Shown: positions 39,201 to 52,682 of the stretch, piece by piece
How the letters are laid out: each line of letters opens with the position of its first letter
Numbering within the stretch: the stretch's first letter is position 1
Origin: Phoronis australis
Taxonomy: Eukaryota > Animalia > Phoronida
Length of the DNA stretch: 64,000 bases
Reading direction: 5' to 3'
Assembly: GCA_002633005.1 (NCBI GenBank)
Contig: NMRA01000349.1
Span: forward strand, 62,001 to 126,000
The notes under the pieces: generated by a model
Database searches by the model: none
The model's input: the letters and a program-made list of their open reading frames with translations, nothing else
What the model was told of the DNA's origin: nothing
Translations under genes and position numbers: made by a program

Positions 39201-42200
39201 TTATTTTCGAGCTCACTGTGCTAAGGATGGTTTCAGCTGGAACAGAGAGGTATGTCTTGCCGACTGAATATGTCTATATTGAACTTGGGAATACACTGAA
39301 ACAAAGGTTACGCAATATGTTGTACATTTGCACGTGCTTCACACGGCTGAACTTAAAGTGGCAAAATTATGATGACTTCTTGGTTTCAACTGAGTTGTCA
39401 AGTCCTATTCAAGTGGTCTGTCACTACCTTCACGCCCTAGAAAACGCCACGGTTGACACCTCTGACATTCATTTTGGGGAATGTTCAAAACTGGAACCTT
39501 TACAGACCGACTTGTGCCGGGATTTGATGCGCAGGCATTTGACTCTTGGAGATGATATGTCATTCACAGTCGTTGAAGTATTCCTCAACGTTTTAGCTGA
39601 TCAGCTTAGAAAGCTTTCTGGTAGCCAGTTCTTTCAGGCACACATTCTTAAAAGCATGGTTGGAGACAAGTCCAATGTGAAGAGTACGCTAGTGGAAGCG
39701 ATGATAGATGTGTTCAAATGTTTTGCGAGCAGATCAGTTAACGCATATAGAGAAGCCCAAGCAGACGTAATTGAAATACAACACTCGACGCCACTAATAA
39801 AAACTAGGAATGACATGGTTGCCAGAGTTGACGGTATGATTCGGTGGGCGGACACTAATCACCTCCTCGTTATATTCCACTCTCAAGACTTCAACACAGT
39901 TTCTGCCTTGTACAGGAACAAGGAAAAAGTTCCAGATCAAATTTCACATTTGTTTAAGACGCAGATCAAACGACCAATGCCTAACTATGAACGAGAAGAC
40001 CAAATGTCACTCCAGGCTGAACTGGAAAAAATCGTCAGAACAAGTCAAACGTCACCGTCTAACTTGCCTAAGGATTATGCCCTGACTCCCGACAACTTGC
40101 TTAAAATGGTTCTGGTATTTTTGAGGATCAAAGCAGGCGTGCCTGTTCTTATCATGGGCGAAACCGGATGTGGCAAAACTAGCCTAATAACGTATCTGGC
40201 GAAAACAACTGGCTGTCATTTAGAGATCTTCAATATTCACGCAGGCATCCAACAGGAAGCCATATTGGAAAGGGTGAAGAAAATGCATCACGACGCTCAG
40301 ACTCACCCCCAGCTTCAGTATTGGCTATTCATGGATGAAATCAATACCTGTGACCACCTTGGCCTTATAAATGAAATGCTTTGCCACCGCACGTGCCTTG
40401 GACATGCGATTGCCCCAAATCTAATTCTACTGGCTGCTTGTAATCCTTACAAAGCACGAAACGACGACAAAATTCTGACTTCAGGGCTTGAAGGAAAGGT
40501 GAAGGCGGATACCCGTTCCAATCTGGTGTATAGGGTTTACCCGTTGCCGGAATCAATGATTGATTATGTTTGGGACTATGGTTCGCTTAATGAAAATGAC
40601 GAAAAGGCGTACATTACGAGAATGGTCGATGTCGTCTTTCCAGATCACAAGGAACTTTTAAGGGAGCTCTTATCGTCATCTCAAGATTTCACGAGAAATT
40701 CTGAAGCTAACTCTTGGTGTGTAAGCCTTAGAGACGTGAAACGATGTATATCGTTGTGCGATTGGTTCCTTCGGTATTACATGGCGAAAAAGTATAACAT
40801 GGACAAAACGAAAGAACCACACAAAAGAGTGCTGTTGCAAAACTCCATCATATTTGCATTAGCCCATTGCTATTATTCCCGCATACCAACTTCTGAAGCT
40901 CGTATTAAATATAGTGAAAGAATGGCGGAGATTTTCCAGAACCACGGACACAACATTAGCAGTAAAGGTTTCCGACAAATCCTGAGAGAAGAACAACAAG
41001 AATTGGTCGATAAAATGGACCTGCCAGAAAGCACTGCTAAGAACACAGCGTTGTGTGAGAATGTATTTGTAATACTCGTTTGCATGTTGAACAAAATTCC
41101 AATCTTCGTGGTTGGAAAACCAGGGTGCAGCAAATCACTCTCTGTACAGCTGATACGAAGCAACCTCCGTGGCCCGGATTCGCGAAATGATTTCTTCAGG
41201 TCCCTGCCGCAAGTGTTCGTTGTGTCTTATCAAGGGTCAGAATCGTCGACGTCTGAAGGTATTATCAAGGTTTTTGATAAGGCGAAGCGTTACAAGGAAA
41301 GTAATAATACGGATGCAGTGCTGCCTGTCGTTTTGCTAGACGAGATAGGATTAGCTGAACAGTCGAAGTCAAACCCACTGAAAGTACTGCACTGTCTACT
41401 GGAACCGGAAGGAGGAAAACTTCCAGATGTTGCCGTTGTTGGAATCTCCAATTGGGCTTTAGACGCTGCAAAAATGAATCGAGCCATTCACCTGTCTCGC
41501 CCTGAGCCCGATCAAGCTGAACTTTACGATACTGCCCACTCTATTTCTACATGTGTGGAATTGGACAAATCGTTCAGATTTCTGAGTGGTGGTCAACCTC
41601 ACGATACACCACGATTAACTGAAGAGGAGTTGCAAGCTGTTTCCAAAGCTTACTTTGAGTATCAAAGGAATCAAACCCATCGTAATTTTCATGGTCTTCG
41701 AGATTATTATTGTCTCATTAAATACTTGAGTAAGAATGCGAATGGCTGTTTAGACATCGAACGTTGGAAGAAAGGCCTGCTTCGCAATTTCGGCGGCCTT
41801 TCTTTTGAAACACACACAATCGTGAACAAGTTTCTGTCCTTTGTCAACCCATTGGAAAAGTGCGAAGCGTGTATTCCTGTCAAAGAGCTCGTACAAGAAA
41901 ACGTGAGTGATGCGTCCGCTCGACATCTCATGTTGATCACACATGGAGACTCCGCCCTTGGAATTCTGGAAAATTTCATCAATCTCCAAAATCGGAGACA
42001 TGAAATAATTTTTGGAAGCAAATTTGAGGAAGATCTATCTGAAGACTATAATTACAGAATGCTCAGCAGAATCATCTTGTGCATAGAACAAGGTGTCATA
42101 CTTGTTCTAAAGGACCTGGAAAACATTTATGGGAGTCTTTATGACATGCTCAATCAGAATTATTCACTTGTCGGTATCAAAAAGCGAAAAAACTGCAGAA

Positions 42201-45200
42201 TTGCCCTGGGGCCTTACAGCAACCCAATGTGCTTTGTACATGACGACTTCAGATGTGTTGTACTTGTTGATTTGAATAAAGTGGATTATTCGGACCCACC
42301 GTTCCTAAACAGGTTTGAGAAACAGCTTCTTACCTTTAAGGACGTCCTTAATAAAAGGCAGAATGACGTAATTGGAAGACTTGAAAAATGGTTTAAGGCA
42401 TTGTGCACAATTCTTAATCTCAAAGATCTCTTCAACGAGGGCAATGTTCTTGTTGGTTTTTCAAATGACCTGTTGTCCTCGTTGGTATTGCACATTTGGC
42501 CAAACTCCGACTGCGGCGAAGAGGAACAAAGAGAATATCGACAAAATGAAGTATTAGACAAATGCAAGCAAGAACTTATGTGGATTTGCTCGCCTGATGG
42601 TATGCTGAGGGCTTCTAAGTCAGTCCTTGCTTCAGAAAATGAAGAGGAAGTTCTTAAGTGGCAGCAAGTCTATTTTGAACTTCCGATTCACAATGGTCTG
42701 CGACGTTTTTTGTCCACTATTCATGCTGGTCAAAAAGGTCTTTGGATATCTGATGAAACAGGTTTCAAAATAATCTTGTTCACTCGCACGAATATAATGT
42801 TTGATGTACAAGACTGTGTTAAAGAACTTTTCTCTTGCCAAGTAGAAAAGTTAAGCGTGTTCAAATCTGAAAAACAGCTTACTAGCCAAATCAGACAGTT
42901 TTGGAGCGATGATAAGGACCTGTTGGTCTTACAGTGCAAACCTTCGTCGGACAGTCAGCACATTTTGCTTGCGAAATCCATAATCGATAGGCACAGGGCT
43001 GAATACAAAAAGACGGAGCCTGAGAATCTGAAACATGTTATTATCGTAGTACACCTGGATAAAGAGAATGTGGATGGTTGGCAGTTTAATTATTTGAGTG
43101 GTTGGAAACTTGTCAATATAGATTCGTTGGATGAATTGGCAATTTCCTTGCCTTGGCTACGGGGGAAGCAGGTAGTCGAAATTTTAGAGGATGAGTCTGG
43201 ATTTGACATGAACGAGTCCATTCTAGACAACCTACTGTGGGCATTTTCTGTCATCAAGTATTCGGGGAAACCTCGATCCACGGAGAATGTGGTAAAGCTT
43301 ATAGGGAGAGCAAAAAAGTCAGGCATTATTGTCGTGATAAAAGAGAGAATACTTAATTGGATGAGGGGGCACAATAAGGATTGGGGCGAAGCGTCATGTT
43401 CATGGCAAGTGACCCTGGCATGTGATAGCTACGCGCTACATAACTCTTCAACAGTGCTTGAAGCTTATAAGTCATACCTACTAGAAAAGGTTCGAGAACC
43501 TTTGGCAATCATTGTCTTCAAGCTGGAAACACATGGGGCTTGGTCAAGTTTTGCTGACCATGTCACTTTCTGGAAAGCCGTCTTTTTCAGTGACGAATTA
43601 CTTGATATCGATCGTGTGCCATTGTATCGTGAGGCTGGTTATTACAATCTGGAAGGCGTGTGCCTTGACCTCGCCTTCCCGTTTACCAGATTCTTTGTAC
43701 AAGCTCTTTTTGACGTGAAAGACGTTTTTCTTCGTGGCTATCAAAGTTTATTAGAGCATGATGATAATCTCGACGAAGACGATAATATTCTACGTTCTGT
43801 GTACTCTTCTCATCAGCAACAAACATTAGAACTAATTTTCGAGAATGTCCCTGGTCTACGTACCTACATTTCCGAGAACAACTGTGATAAGTTCCTGGCC
43901 GACTTCTGCAACATTGTAACAGCAGAACACGACAGTTTGCTCAAGACCGAAGACCGAATATATGTAGCACGATGGGCAATAAACCTCCACCAAGAAGACA
44001 GCGAACAGTCCCCACACGAAAAAATTGTTCAGGTTGTTACAAACTACTGGGTTCGTGGTCCTGTTGTGCATAGTATCTTACGTTTGGCATCTGAATGCAA
44101 GGAAGTTGCTGGCACCGACGTAGTGGATCTAATTGTTGCAATAAAAGCTGGAATGGACATGGACAGTGAAGAAATAAGTGATCAGTTGTCTAATGAAGAC
44201 GACGAACATCCTGACGATCAGGCTGAAGAAGAAAAGGGAGACAACAACGGAGAAAACATACATGACAGAGGTGTATACTCCCCGGAGGATTGTCTCGTCG
44301 ACGCAGCTTGCAAAGCAATGCTTCCAACAGAAAAAGTTATAAACGCATGTCATGGCATTTTGAATTGGCAATATAAAGTAAACCTTGTGCTATCTGTAGC
44401 TAGCCAAGTGAGTTTATCATCCACTACACTGCATTTCCTTCGCACGTGTAATGACTTTGTCGTCAACTTACAGATTCCATTCAATCTACAGGACACGCAT
44501 GTTTCAGATATTGCCGAGTGTGGTGGTTGCGAGGGTGATCCGTTAGAGTCAAACATAGTGTTCAATCGTGTCATGAATATGGCAGAAACCCTGGTAGAAC
44601 AAAAGAAGGTACCACTGCTTGAAATGCAAAAGTTCATATGTCTGTACCTCTCCAGGTGTTTTGATTCGTACAAGTCCGACGGCGTGTGCGTTGCAGTTGA
44701 CGCGTTTTTGGAACGATTGTCAGAATTGAAAGCGTCAGACAATGCCTTGCATTTCTTCGGAACTATAATCGACCGCCTCTGGACTGAAGAAATCCATAAC
44801 TTCCCTGACCTTCTCACAGAAATTCTTAGCGGATGTGAATTAGCCGAGCATCCGAATTTACAAAGACTACAGGATGTTTTCTCTCAGTGCACACCGCTAG
44901 CTGTTCTCACATGTGACACTGTTGAGATAATCTTCGCCAAAACACATTCACAGCTCAATAGGGTGGACTTGGAAGGTGAGGGTCACAAGGAAGTGCTGAG
45001 TACGCTGAAGAACACGCTAGCGATAGTGCATGACGAAACTAAATTGTCAGTGAAGATTGTTGTTGCCGTCTCTTTTATTAAATCGTTTTTGCGACAAATT
45101 GCTTTGCTTTTGAAGGACTCACAGCACTTCATGAATACTGACGCCTCCAACAATTTCCTGCAGGAAATTTCGTCTCTGTTTGAACCCCCCTCTGGTGCCA

Positions 45201-47941
45201 TTGCTTCGGACGTGCATGATGAGTGTTCAGTTACTTTCTTACTAAAAGCCTTTCACGAGAGTTTGAGTTTTCAAGAATCGATCCTGCTGATTAATGAATA
45301 TACACTGAAAATACCTTCTCTCCAAAGGATTAAGTGGGCAGAAGACGATTTTGTTAACCCTTTGGGCTTCAAAGTGATGTCAGAAGTTGCCGGTTACCAG
45401 CAGGTCTTTGCAGGTTTTCGGCATTTTCTATCAGGTGACAATTCTGATGTAAAACAACTAGTCACTGAAGCTTCAAATTCGGCAGAGAAGAAGTTCGCTC
45501 TTCTGTCTGTTGTGAATGACAACCTTTATCTTGTTTCGGGTCAACGTGAACTCAAAGACACCGAAAACCAAGCAGGATGTGTCGTTGCAAAACTTTTTAA
45601 AGACGTCAATGTCCCTGCCTTGCTGATAAATCTTATAAAATGTTTATGTCAGGAAACGAAGTTCCACTTGCCAATTTTAAACTTATCCCCTGCAACATCA
45701 AAGTGTGACGTACAAATCGCTTCCGTAATGATTCATTTGGTTTGCATGACTGTGTCTTTTGCTGACGATGGTCAGTGTTTGTTTTCCAAAGCTATTCGTG
45801 ATCCTTTAAGCTTGAAGAGTCTCTTCATTCCGTCTGCTCAGCATGAGAGCCCCACTCACGAAGATATGGATAAAATGGGTACTTACGAATGCGTGTGCTT
45901 ACATAAAGTTGTAACAGCGACGGACAGATGTCCGGTGTGCCACACAACCTTGATGAGACCGACAGAGACTGTTTTTGAAGCTGAAATACCATCAGCTCAG
46001 TTGAAACCACCTAAGGGTTTCTGTCGCTACAACCCGTCACAAGATTGTCCACGTGGCATGTCCTCCACATCCTTCTTCATTTGCAGACTGCTCTTGAACA
46101 GTAGTATTGCAACTGGATATGCGTTGATGAAGTGTGATCTCACCGATATCTATAACCAGGATGGAGTAGTTTTATCCCATGACACGGCGTTAAAGTACAT
46201 CACAGAAGAGCTCAGAGAGATGTGGGGAATTTTAGAATCTTTATTTGAATTGCCTTCTCACCAACTTTGCTGTTTCATGCACGCGCTTCTTCGTAGATTG
46301 CAGCCCTTTTTGACCGATTGCAACCGTTCATTTGCTACAGTTGAAGAAAGAGCAGAGTGGGAGCAGATCTTTACGAAGGAAGTGGACGAACTTATCAGAG
46401 TTAGACATCGCGTTATACGACAAACCATGATCAATACCATCGTGACGTCTGACAATAGCGTTGAGTCGGCAGTCGATGAGCTGAATGATGCCAACACGAC
46501 ACTAGCAAGACTGTTTAGGTTTACTCCCTTGAAATCCACTGAAAAGCTGTTTGGCTTATACAAGCTTAGTGAATTGGAAATCAAGAATCCATTTCTTGGG
46601 TTATTTTTCACCTCTGGTAAGCAACTGTCTATCCTGCGATTTCTGAAGCCTCTTCTTAAGTGGCAAAAGTTGATTGCAAGTTGCAAAAGCCATCACCTTA
46701 CCCGCAAGCGCTCCGGTGAAACCATAAGGCAGGTAATCAGCGAACACAAAGACCCAAAAGAAAAGCAAAAACTGTGTGATGTGTTTGACGAGTTTGCCAA
46801 GGCTTGGAATGAAATTCGTCCGTCTCTGAAAGCTAGTGGTACATGCACCTCTCTTCCAATATTACACGAAGACTGTAAAGTTTATGAATGCGTGGCTATC
46901 AGTGAGGAGTCAACCGTGTACAAAGTGATTGAATCGCTCGTCCACATGCAAAACTCTTTCTTAGACAAAGTTCTAAGACTGGCCGTTTCGGGGAGGTGTG
47001 TTGCTTTGAGTTTTCTACTTAGAGAATCCTTTGCAGCGGTTGTCCCTATAATTCCTTTGGCTGAGGCGGAGTTGTCGCACATTTTGGACTTATGTTGGGA
47101 AGATTTAATCACTGACTTGCTAAGACTGTCTCAGTTTAACACAGTTCGAGGAATGGGTAACGATTTGGAATTTGACTTCACAGCCATTGAGATCGAGTTG
47201 TCAGGCATTTTGGTCTATGGAAAGGCACACCTTTTGTTGGACTCCAGTTTCCCTTTCTTTGCATTTGCTCATGAATTTCCACGTAACTCCACAGTCTTGG
47301 CGCAGATTGGAAAGACAATATCACAGAAGGCACTTCCTGACACGGCAGTTACGCAGCTGAAGGAACTAAACAACGCCAACCCACTTAATACCACGACGTT
47401 AAAGTTCGACTTGGACATCGTCGTTGATATGCTCCAGAAATCGCGCTCGCAGCTGGAATCACCTCAAACATCTATCTTGGACTATGCTGACAGATGGTAC
47501 ACTGTGTTGAACAAACATTTTCCTAGAGACCTGTTGCCGCAGCCAGGGAACTCTTTAAAACTTTGTCATCTGGTGTCTTTGAGTGATACTCTTGACGAGC
47601 TGCTTTCTCATAACTCGGAAGAAAAACTCATGGACAAGTACCGAGAACAGCTGGACAAAACCAATGAGGCAGAATTGCAGACTCGTCTGAGGAAAACGAC
47701 CGCTGACCTTAACTCTGTCATCAAGTTGCTTCGGAGTTTCATTTACAGGTACTTCTCCACACGTGAAGACCTGATCCCAGACGAGTCGCAACCATTGATC
47801 AACCTGTTAATGGCTGAGTGTCAATCCAGAGACGGTCAAGATGATCAAATGTTTATGAAGGAACTCGAACTCCTGTTCACTCCAGTTGTACAAGTACAGC
47901 ATTCATATACAGCCGTAAAGCAGGTCAAGCAAGTTATGCAG
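36292..47941 (+). CDS. RNF213: RNF213 (mysterin)-like giant dynein-related AAA+ ATPase, exon 7 (11,650 nt)
   Basis: 3890-aa ORF with RNF213-family motifs: PGLGKS, LTPDNLLKM, VPVLIMGETGCGKT/LFMDEINT, LVYRVYPLPESMIDYVWDYGSL, VSLRDV, IPIFVVGKPGCSKSLS/VVLLDEIGLAE, GISNWALDAAKMNR, FHGLRDYY, SLYDMLNQ, PPFLNRFEK. Acceptor catttcag|C at 36292, donor CAG|gtattt at 47941. Confidence 0.93.
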
Positions 47942-48451
47942 GTATTTTTTTCTTATTTCCTCCATGAATATTGAATATTTAGATCTACACGTAAGAAATG
48001 ATAATTCCCAGATATTCAGTAGTTATTTCAACCAACAACGGAGTTCAGTGAACAGACAGGATGACGCATAAACGTCTGTGGTCAGTAAGTAATTAAACGG
48101 ACACATTGAGTTTTATGGTCGAAAAACGAACTTTTAGGATTATTGTTGGATGGTATAGACGTCTCGAAGTTATAAGCTTTGACCAGAGCTACAAAACAAG
48201 ACACTCCGTTGTGTTTTGTGGATTTTATTACAAATCGCCAATTCTCATTGCTGGCTGGCAGTCGTCTGTTGAAAACGAGGTCGGTGATTTTATCACTTAA
48301 ATACGATTAAATAATTGGCCGTATCTATCTCGGGATATTTCTCAAAAATATTTTCCTCGACGATTGTTTCACTCTTAATGTATAAGAAATTTTGTGGCAA
48401 ATGATTATTTAATTTATTGTGTAGTTTAATGAATATTCGTTGAATCTTTAG

Positions 48452-48547
48452 GAAAAAATGAAACCCCAAGAGTACGTAAAGAAGGTTGCCGATGATATCA
48501 AGAAACCTGCTCAGAAAAGAAAGAAAGTTTTCATCCGGAAAACGTGA
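48452..48547 (+). CDS. RNF213: RNF213-like gene putative last exon (EKMKPQEYVKKVADDIKKPAQKRKKVFIRKT*)
   Basis: tctttag|GAA, phase 0, basic tail and TGA. Other acceptors (48011, about 48261) or read-through to 47974 cannot be excluded. Confidence 0.55.
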   Translation, partial: EKMKPQEYVKKVADDIKKPAQKRKKVFIRKT

Positions 48548-50589
48548 CACCTAAATTACTGGGTTGTAGTGCTAGCTTATTAAGTGTTTTAATTTTCCAC
48601 CCATGAAAGACTGGATTTGACTGGAAAGAAATTCCCATGCAAATTATATTCTGTAATGACATTCACTGTAATTGCTGTAGGTTTTTAACATCACCTGATT
48701 TCATAGCAGTAATATGAGCATAACGAGAGTTCTATGCTTAGATAATTAAAGCGCAGATAAAATGATAGTGATTTTAGTCCAGCAACGAAGCGAAAAATTA
48801 GTCACTGATCTCTAATGTACTTGTTACTATAGTTACAATGTACCCTTGGATGCAATCATAACACGCTATTTCTTATATTTCACAAGTTTTTAAACTTTTA
48901 AAAATCACACGTGCGACACCTTTTGAACGGAGCATCATATTGACTTACTCTGCAGCTTCTCTTTTCCACTATAGATAAGAATGCATAGCTCCATTAGCAA
49001 AAACTTTTATGAAGTATATTGCCTGGAGGTGTAATTTTAGCACTGATTTTTCTCATTTACATGTCTCTGTTTTGTTGTTTGGTGTTCAATTATGACAATC
49101 CTGGAACAGAAAGTAGCGAAAGCTGTTTTAGATGTATGCTATCATTGATAACTACAATGTATCATTTTGATGTATCTAACCGGCTAAAGATACACTATCG
49201 TTAATTTTTGCGTACCCGTTGTTTTCGTATTCGTTGTGTTTACCTGATTGTGAGAATGTATATGTGTCTGGACACATAGACCATGTGCGCCCACCGTGAA
49301 TATTTACATTTGTCTAGTAAGCGAGCTTCAATAACTACGCCGTGTGTCAGTTTGGCTTTGGTGATTCGTCGCTTCCTTTCTGTAAATGTGTTTGTTATTG
49401 GCGTAATGGTATGATGCTAGATCATTCTAGGTCGTTGCTGCAAAATGACTTTTTTGTGTTGTAGACTGTATCCACAATTGTAGTTTCAATTACTGGTTCA
49501 CGTAACTAGCTATGTGCAGTTACACTTGCAAATAACACAATCGCTTATCGTTATGGTTTAGGCACTGGTGTGTATTCATAGGTTAGGCCTTATTTGTTGC
49601 GCTTTCGTTTTTGAAATACAAGGTACTCAGCGATGAAACATTATCTACATCTATGGCTGGAATTAATCAAATATTAGTTTATTATCTAGTGCTTACTTTG
49701 TGTATCTGTTCGGAAAGCATATGCGAGTTGATGTTTCGTTATTATTTATTTAGGAGATAAATACCCGGTACCTACCGCCAACAAGAAGCTGGCCTGGAAT
49801 CTGTGTGGTACTTGCTGTAAGGGTTACACTCTATTTCCTGTGTCGTATTTTTATGTTAGCGAGGTCTTTGCTTCACTTACCTAACTGTGACAAAATGCTG
49901 TTACTTGTAGATCCATGCAGCAATCACGATTTAACTTGTTTAGAGCACGAACGATCCAAATTTCTAATTTTACAAAGGTTTATTGCACCATGTACATGTA
50001 TAGCAATGTCGTTACATTTACAAATATAAAGTATGCATAGCTAATTACATTTAAGACTGTATTTTCGTTTGGATTAGAATTGATTGTTATTTCAAGAGGA
50101 TATTCATGTACTGCCAGGAAACCCTGGGCGCTAGAAATGTGTACTGTAAATGTATGTCTGTCTATACATACCGGTAAGGCTTTGATGTATCTACCAGGCC
50201 GGAGATACACTAGAATTAGTATTAGGGTTTTTGTAACACATGTTTTCGCTTCTCTGTTAACGATACCATATTTAGACTTTAGTGATAATTGATTAGGACA
50301 GGTTACACACTGTGAACGATTAACGTAGCATCTTTTGATTAAGAGTGTTGTAATGATATTTCCACCCAAAAAATTTTTCAGTGTTAATTATTCGTTGCTT
50401 CATTTATGTGTGTGTGTAACTTAGAAACTGCACAATGTACGACTGTATCCACAAGCGTGACGTATGCAGATGCATTGTGCGTGTTGTAAACTGGAGCAAC
50501 TTTGGTCTTAGAAATTGACTTGCGCTTTGCATATTGTGTATTCGTGTATGTGTGTGTGTGTGTGCTGTTGGTTTGTGGTTTAACTGGCT

Positions 50590-50912
50590 AATATACCCAT
50601 GCTTTGAATGAGTCTTTATTTGAGAGAGTTTGTCTGTATATACAGGGTATCATGCTTATTACGACTTTTAATTACTGGCGTATCCGACTTCCAATCACCC
50701 GTTGTGTGCTCATCCAAGTACACATACGACTCGAGGTTCCGGCTCTTACCGTTGGGAGCACGCAATTACAGAATTTGTTGGTTTTTGGTTTGCATTTAAC
50801 TAGACACTAATAAACCCATGCTTTGAAAGTCTTTTTGAGAGAGTTTGCCTGTATATGGAGGACATCATGTTAATTACGGCCTTTTATTATTGGCGTGACC
50901 GACTTCCATTCT
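50590..50912. repeat. Diverged local tandem duplication (~220-bp period)
   Basis: acccatgctttgaa...ttgagagagtttg...ggcgt..ccgacttcca at about 50596 and 50814. Confidence 0.7.
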
Positions 50913-51506
50913 GTGGCGCACGGGGAAAACGCTGTTCGGCTACGTTCGCAGAGGTGGTTCGTAGGAAAGATTAAGAGATGAGTCTTGACTAGTACATTGA
51001 AGACTGCAAACATTACATGAGGAGAACAACTCTGTGCGGGAAACAACTATTACTAAAAGACATACAGGTGAAAGTGATATAGCCTATGTAGAGAGAGACT
51101 AGAGAGTCGTGTGCTCATAAAAATCGCCACACGACTCTAGGTTCACGCTCTGGGAGCACACAATTACAGTATTCATGAATTAGCCAGTCAATTAGCATAG
51201 CATTTACCATTCATTCGAACCTCTTCAAAAGAAGGTAATTGTACTTTGTAACGTATTAAAGAATTATTATTCGCAGTGCTATTTATAGGATCACTGACAC
51301 TGGCAAAACCAAAAGTTTTTAACACATTGGGCCAAAATTTGATGACCTATGAAGCTACCTTCCGGGACGGTAGGTTCCCTCTTTCCACGGTTTTATGCAG
51401 AACACCAATCTTTGTAATAAGTAATATGTGTTTCCCCAAAAAATAGGTTGATGCATTTTTGGCACACAGTAATTATGCAACCAGTACTTTCATTGTGTTT
51501 CATTAA

Positions 51507-52030
51507 AGGCGAAGGCAACCTTTTTTCATGTCATTTTGAGCTAAAATAAGGTTGGTTGGTTATCCTAGACATATTTTCCACTTAATTACAGCTTTTCGTA
51601 ATTTTGTTGATTATTTGTCCGCTACTCCGGAAGTGACGTTTTAGGAGGCAAGCATTTCGCGCCAATTTCTTTTCATATAGTCTGACTGTGAGAGCTGCCA
51701 AGTCAGTCATTGTTCTACCTCGGTTGTGCTAAGTTACGTCGTCGTTTGCTTTCATTTACTAGTCAGTCAACATGCCACATTGTTGCTGCTTACCGGGATG
51801 TACTCATTATCGTCTCACACGCGCTTTTGGAGTACCTTAGCATCACTTTCCGATGGATGACACACTTCGCCGTACTTGGCTCGTTCGTGTGAAGAACGCA
51901 GCGTTACCCGTCCACGCAACGTACAAAGCAGTCGAGAATTTCCGTGTGTGTGGCAAGCACTTTCTGCCGTCCGATTACGAAAGGGATTTGTACGCTGAAC
52001 TGATGAAGGTCCCTGCGAAACAACGCCTGA
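51507..52030 (+). mobile_element. 5' end of a THAP-domain DNA transposon (Kolobok-like) inserted at TTAA
   Basis: ATG at 51772: MPHCCCLPGC...P*HHFPMDDTLRRTWL...RVCGKHF..SDYERDL = THAP C2CH with one in-frame TAG. Starts AGG right after TTAA and is absent from the duplicate segment. Confidence 0.7.
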
Positions 52031-52031
52031 N

Positions 52032-52682
52032 TTAATTACGGCCTTTTATTATTGGCGTGACCGACTTCCATTCTGTGGCGCACGGGGAAAACGCTGTTCG
52101 GCTACGTTCGCAGAGGTGGTTCGTAGGAAAGATTAAGAGATGAGTCTTGACTGTAGTATATTGAAGACTGCAAACATTACATGAGGAGAACAACTCTGTG
52201 CGGAAAACAACTATTACTAAAAGACATACAGGTGAAAGTAATATATGTAGAGAGAGACTAGAGAATCGCGAATTTTCGTGTGCTCATAAAAATCGCCAGA
52301 TGACTCTAGGTTCACGCTCTTACTGTTGGGAGCGCACAATTACAGTATTCATGAATTAGCCAGTCAATTAGCATAGCATTTACCATTCATTCGAACCTCT
52401 TCAAAAGAAGGTAATTGTACTTTGTAACGTATTAAAGAATTATTATTCGCAGTTCTGTTTATAGGATCACTGACACTGACAAAACCAAAAGTTTTTAACA
52501 CATTGGGCCAAAATTTGATGACCTATGAAGCTACCTTCTGGGACGGTAGGTTCCCTCTTTTCACGGTTTTATGCAGTACACCAATCTTTGTAATAAGTAA
52601 TATGTGTTTCCCCAAAAAATAGGTTGATGCATTTTTGGCACACAGTAATTATGCAACCAGTACTTTCATTGTGTTTCATTAA
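52032..52682. repeat. Duplicate of 50870-51506 across a single-N join (probable second haplotype)
   Basis: Near-identical ~640 bp with a few SNPs/indels. Confidence 0.85.

Noticed and set aside
36346-47791. Many short antisense or alternate-frame ORFs within the giant exon
   Set aside because: Shadow ORFs of a long coding sequence with no recognisable motifs.
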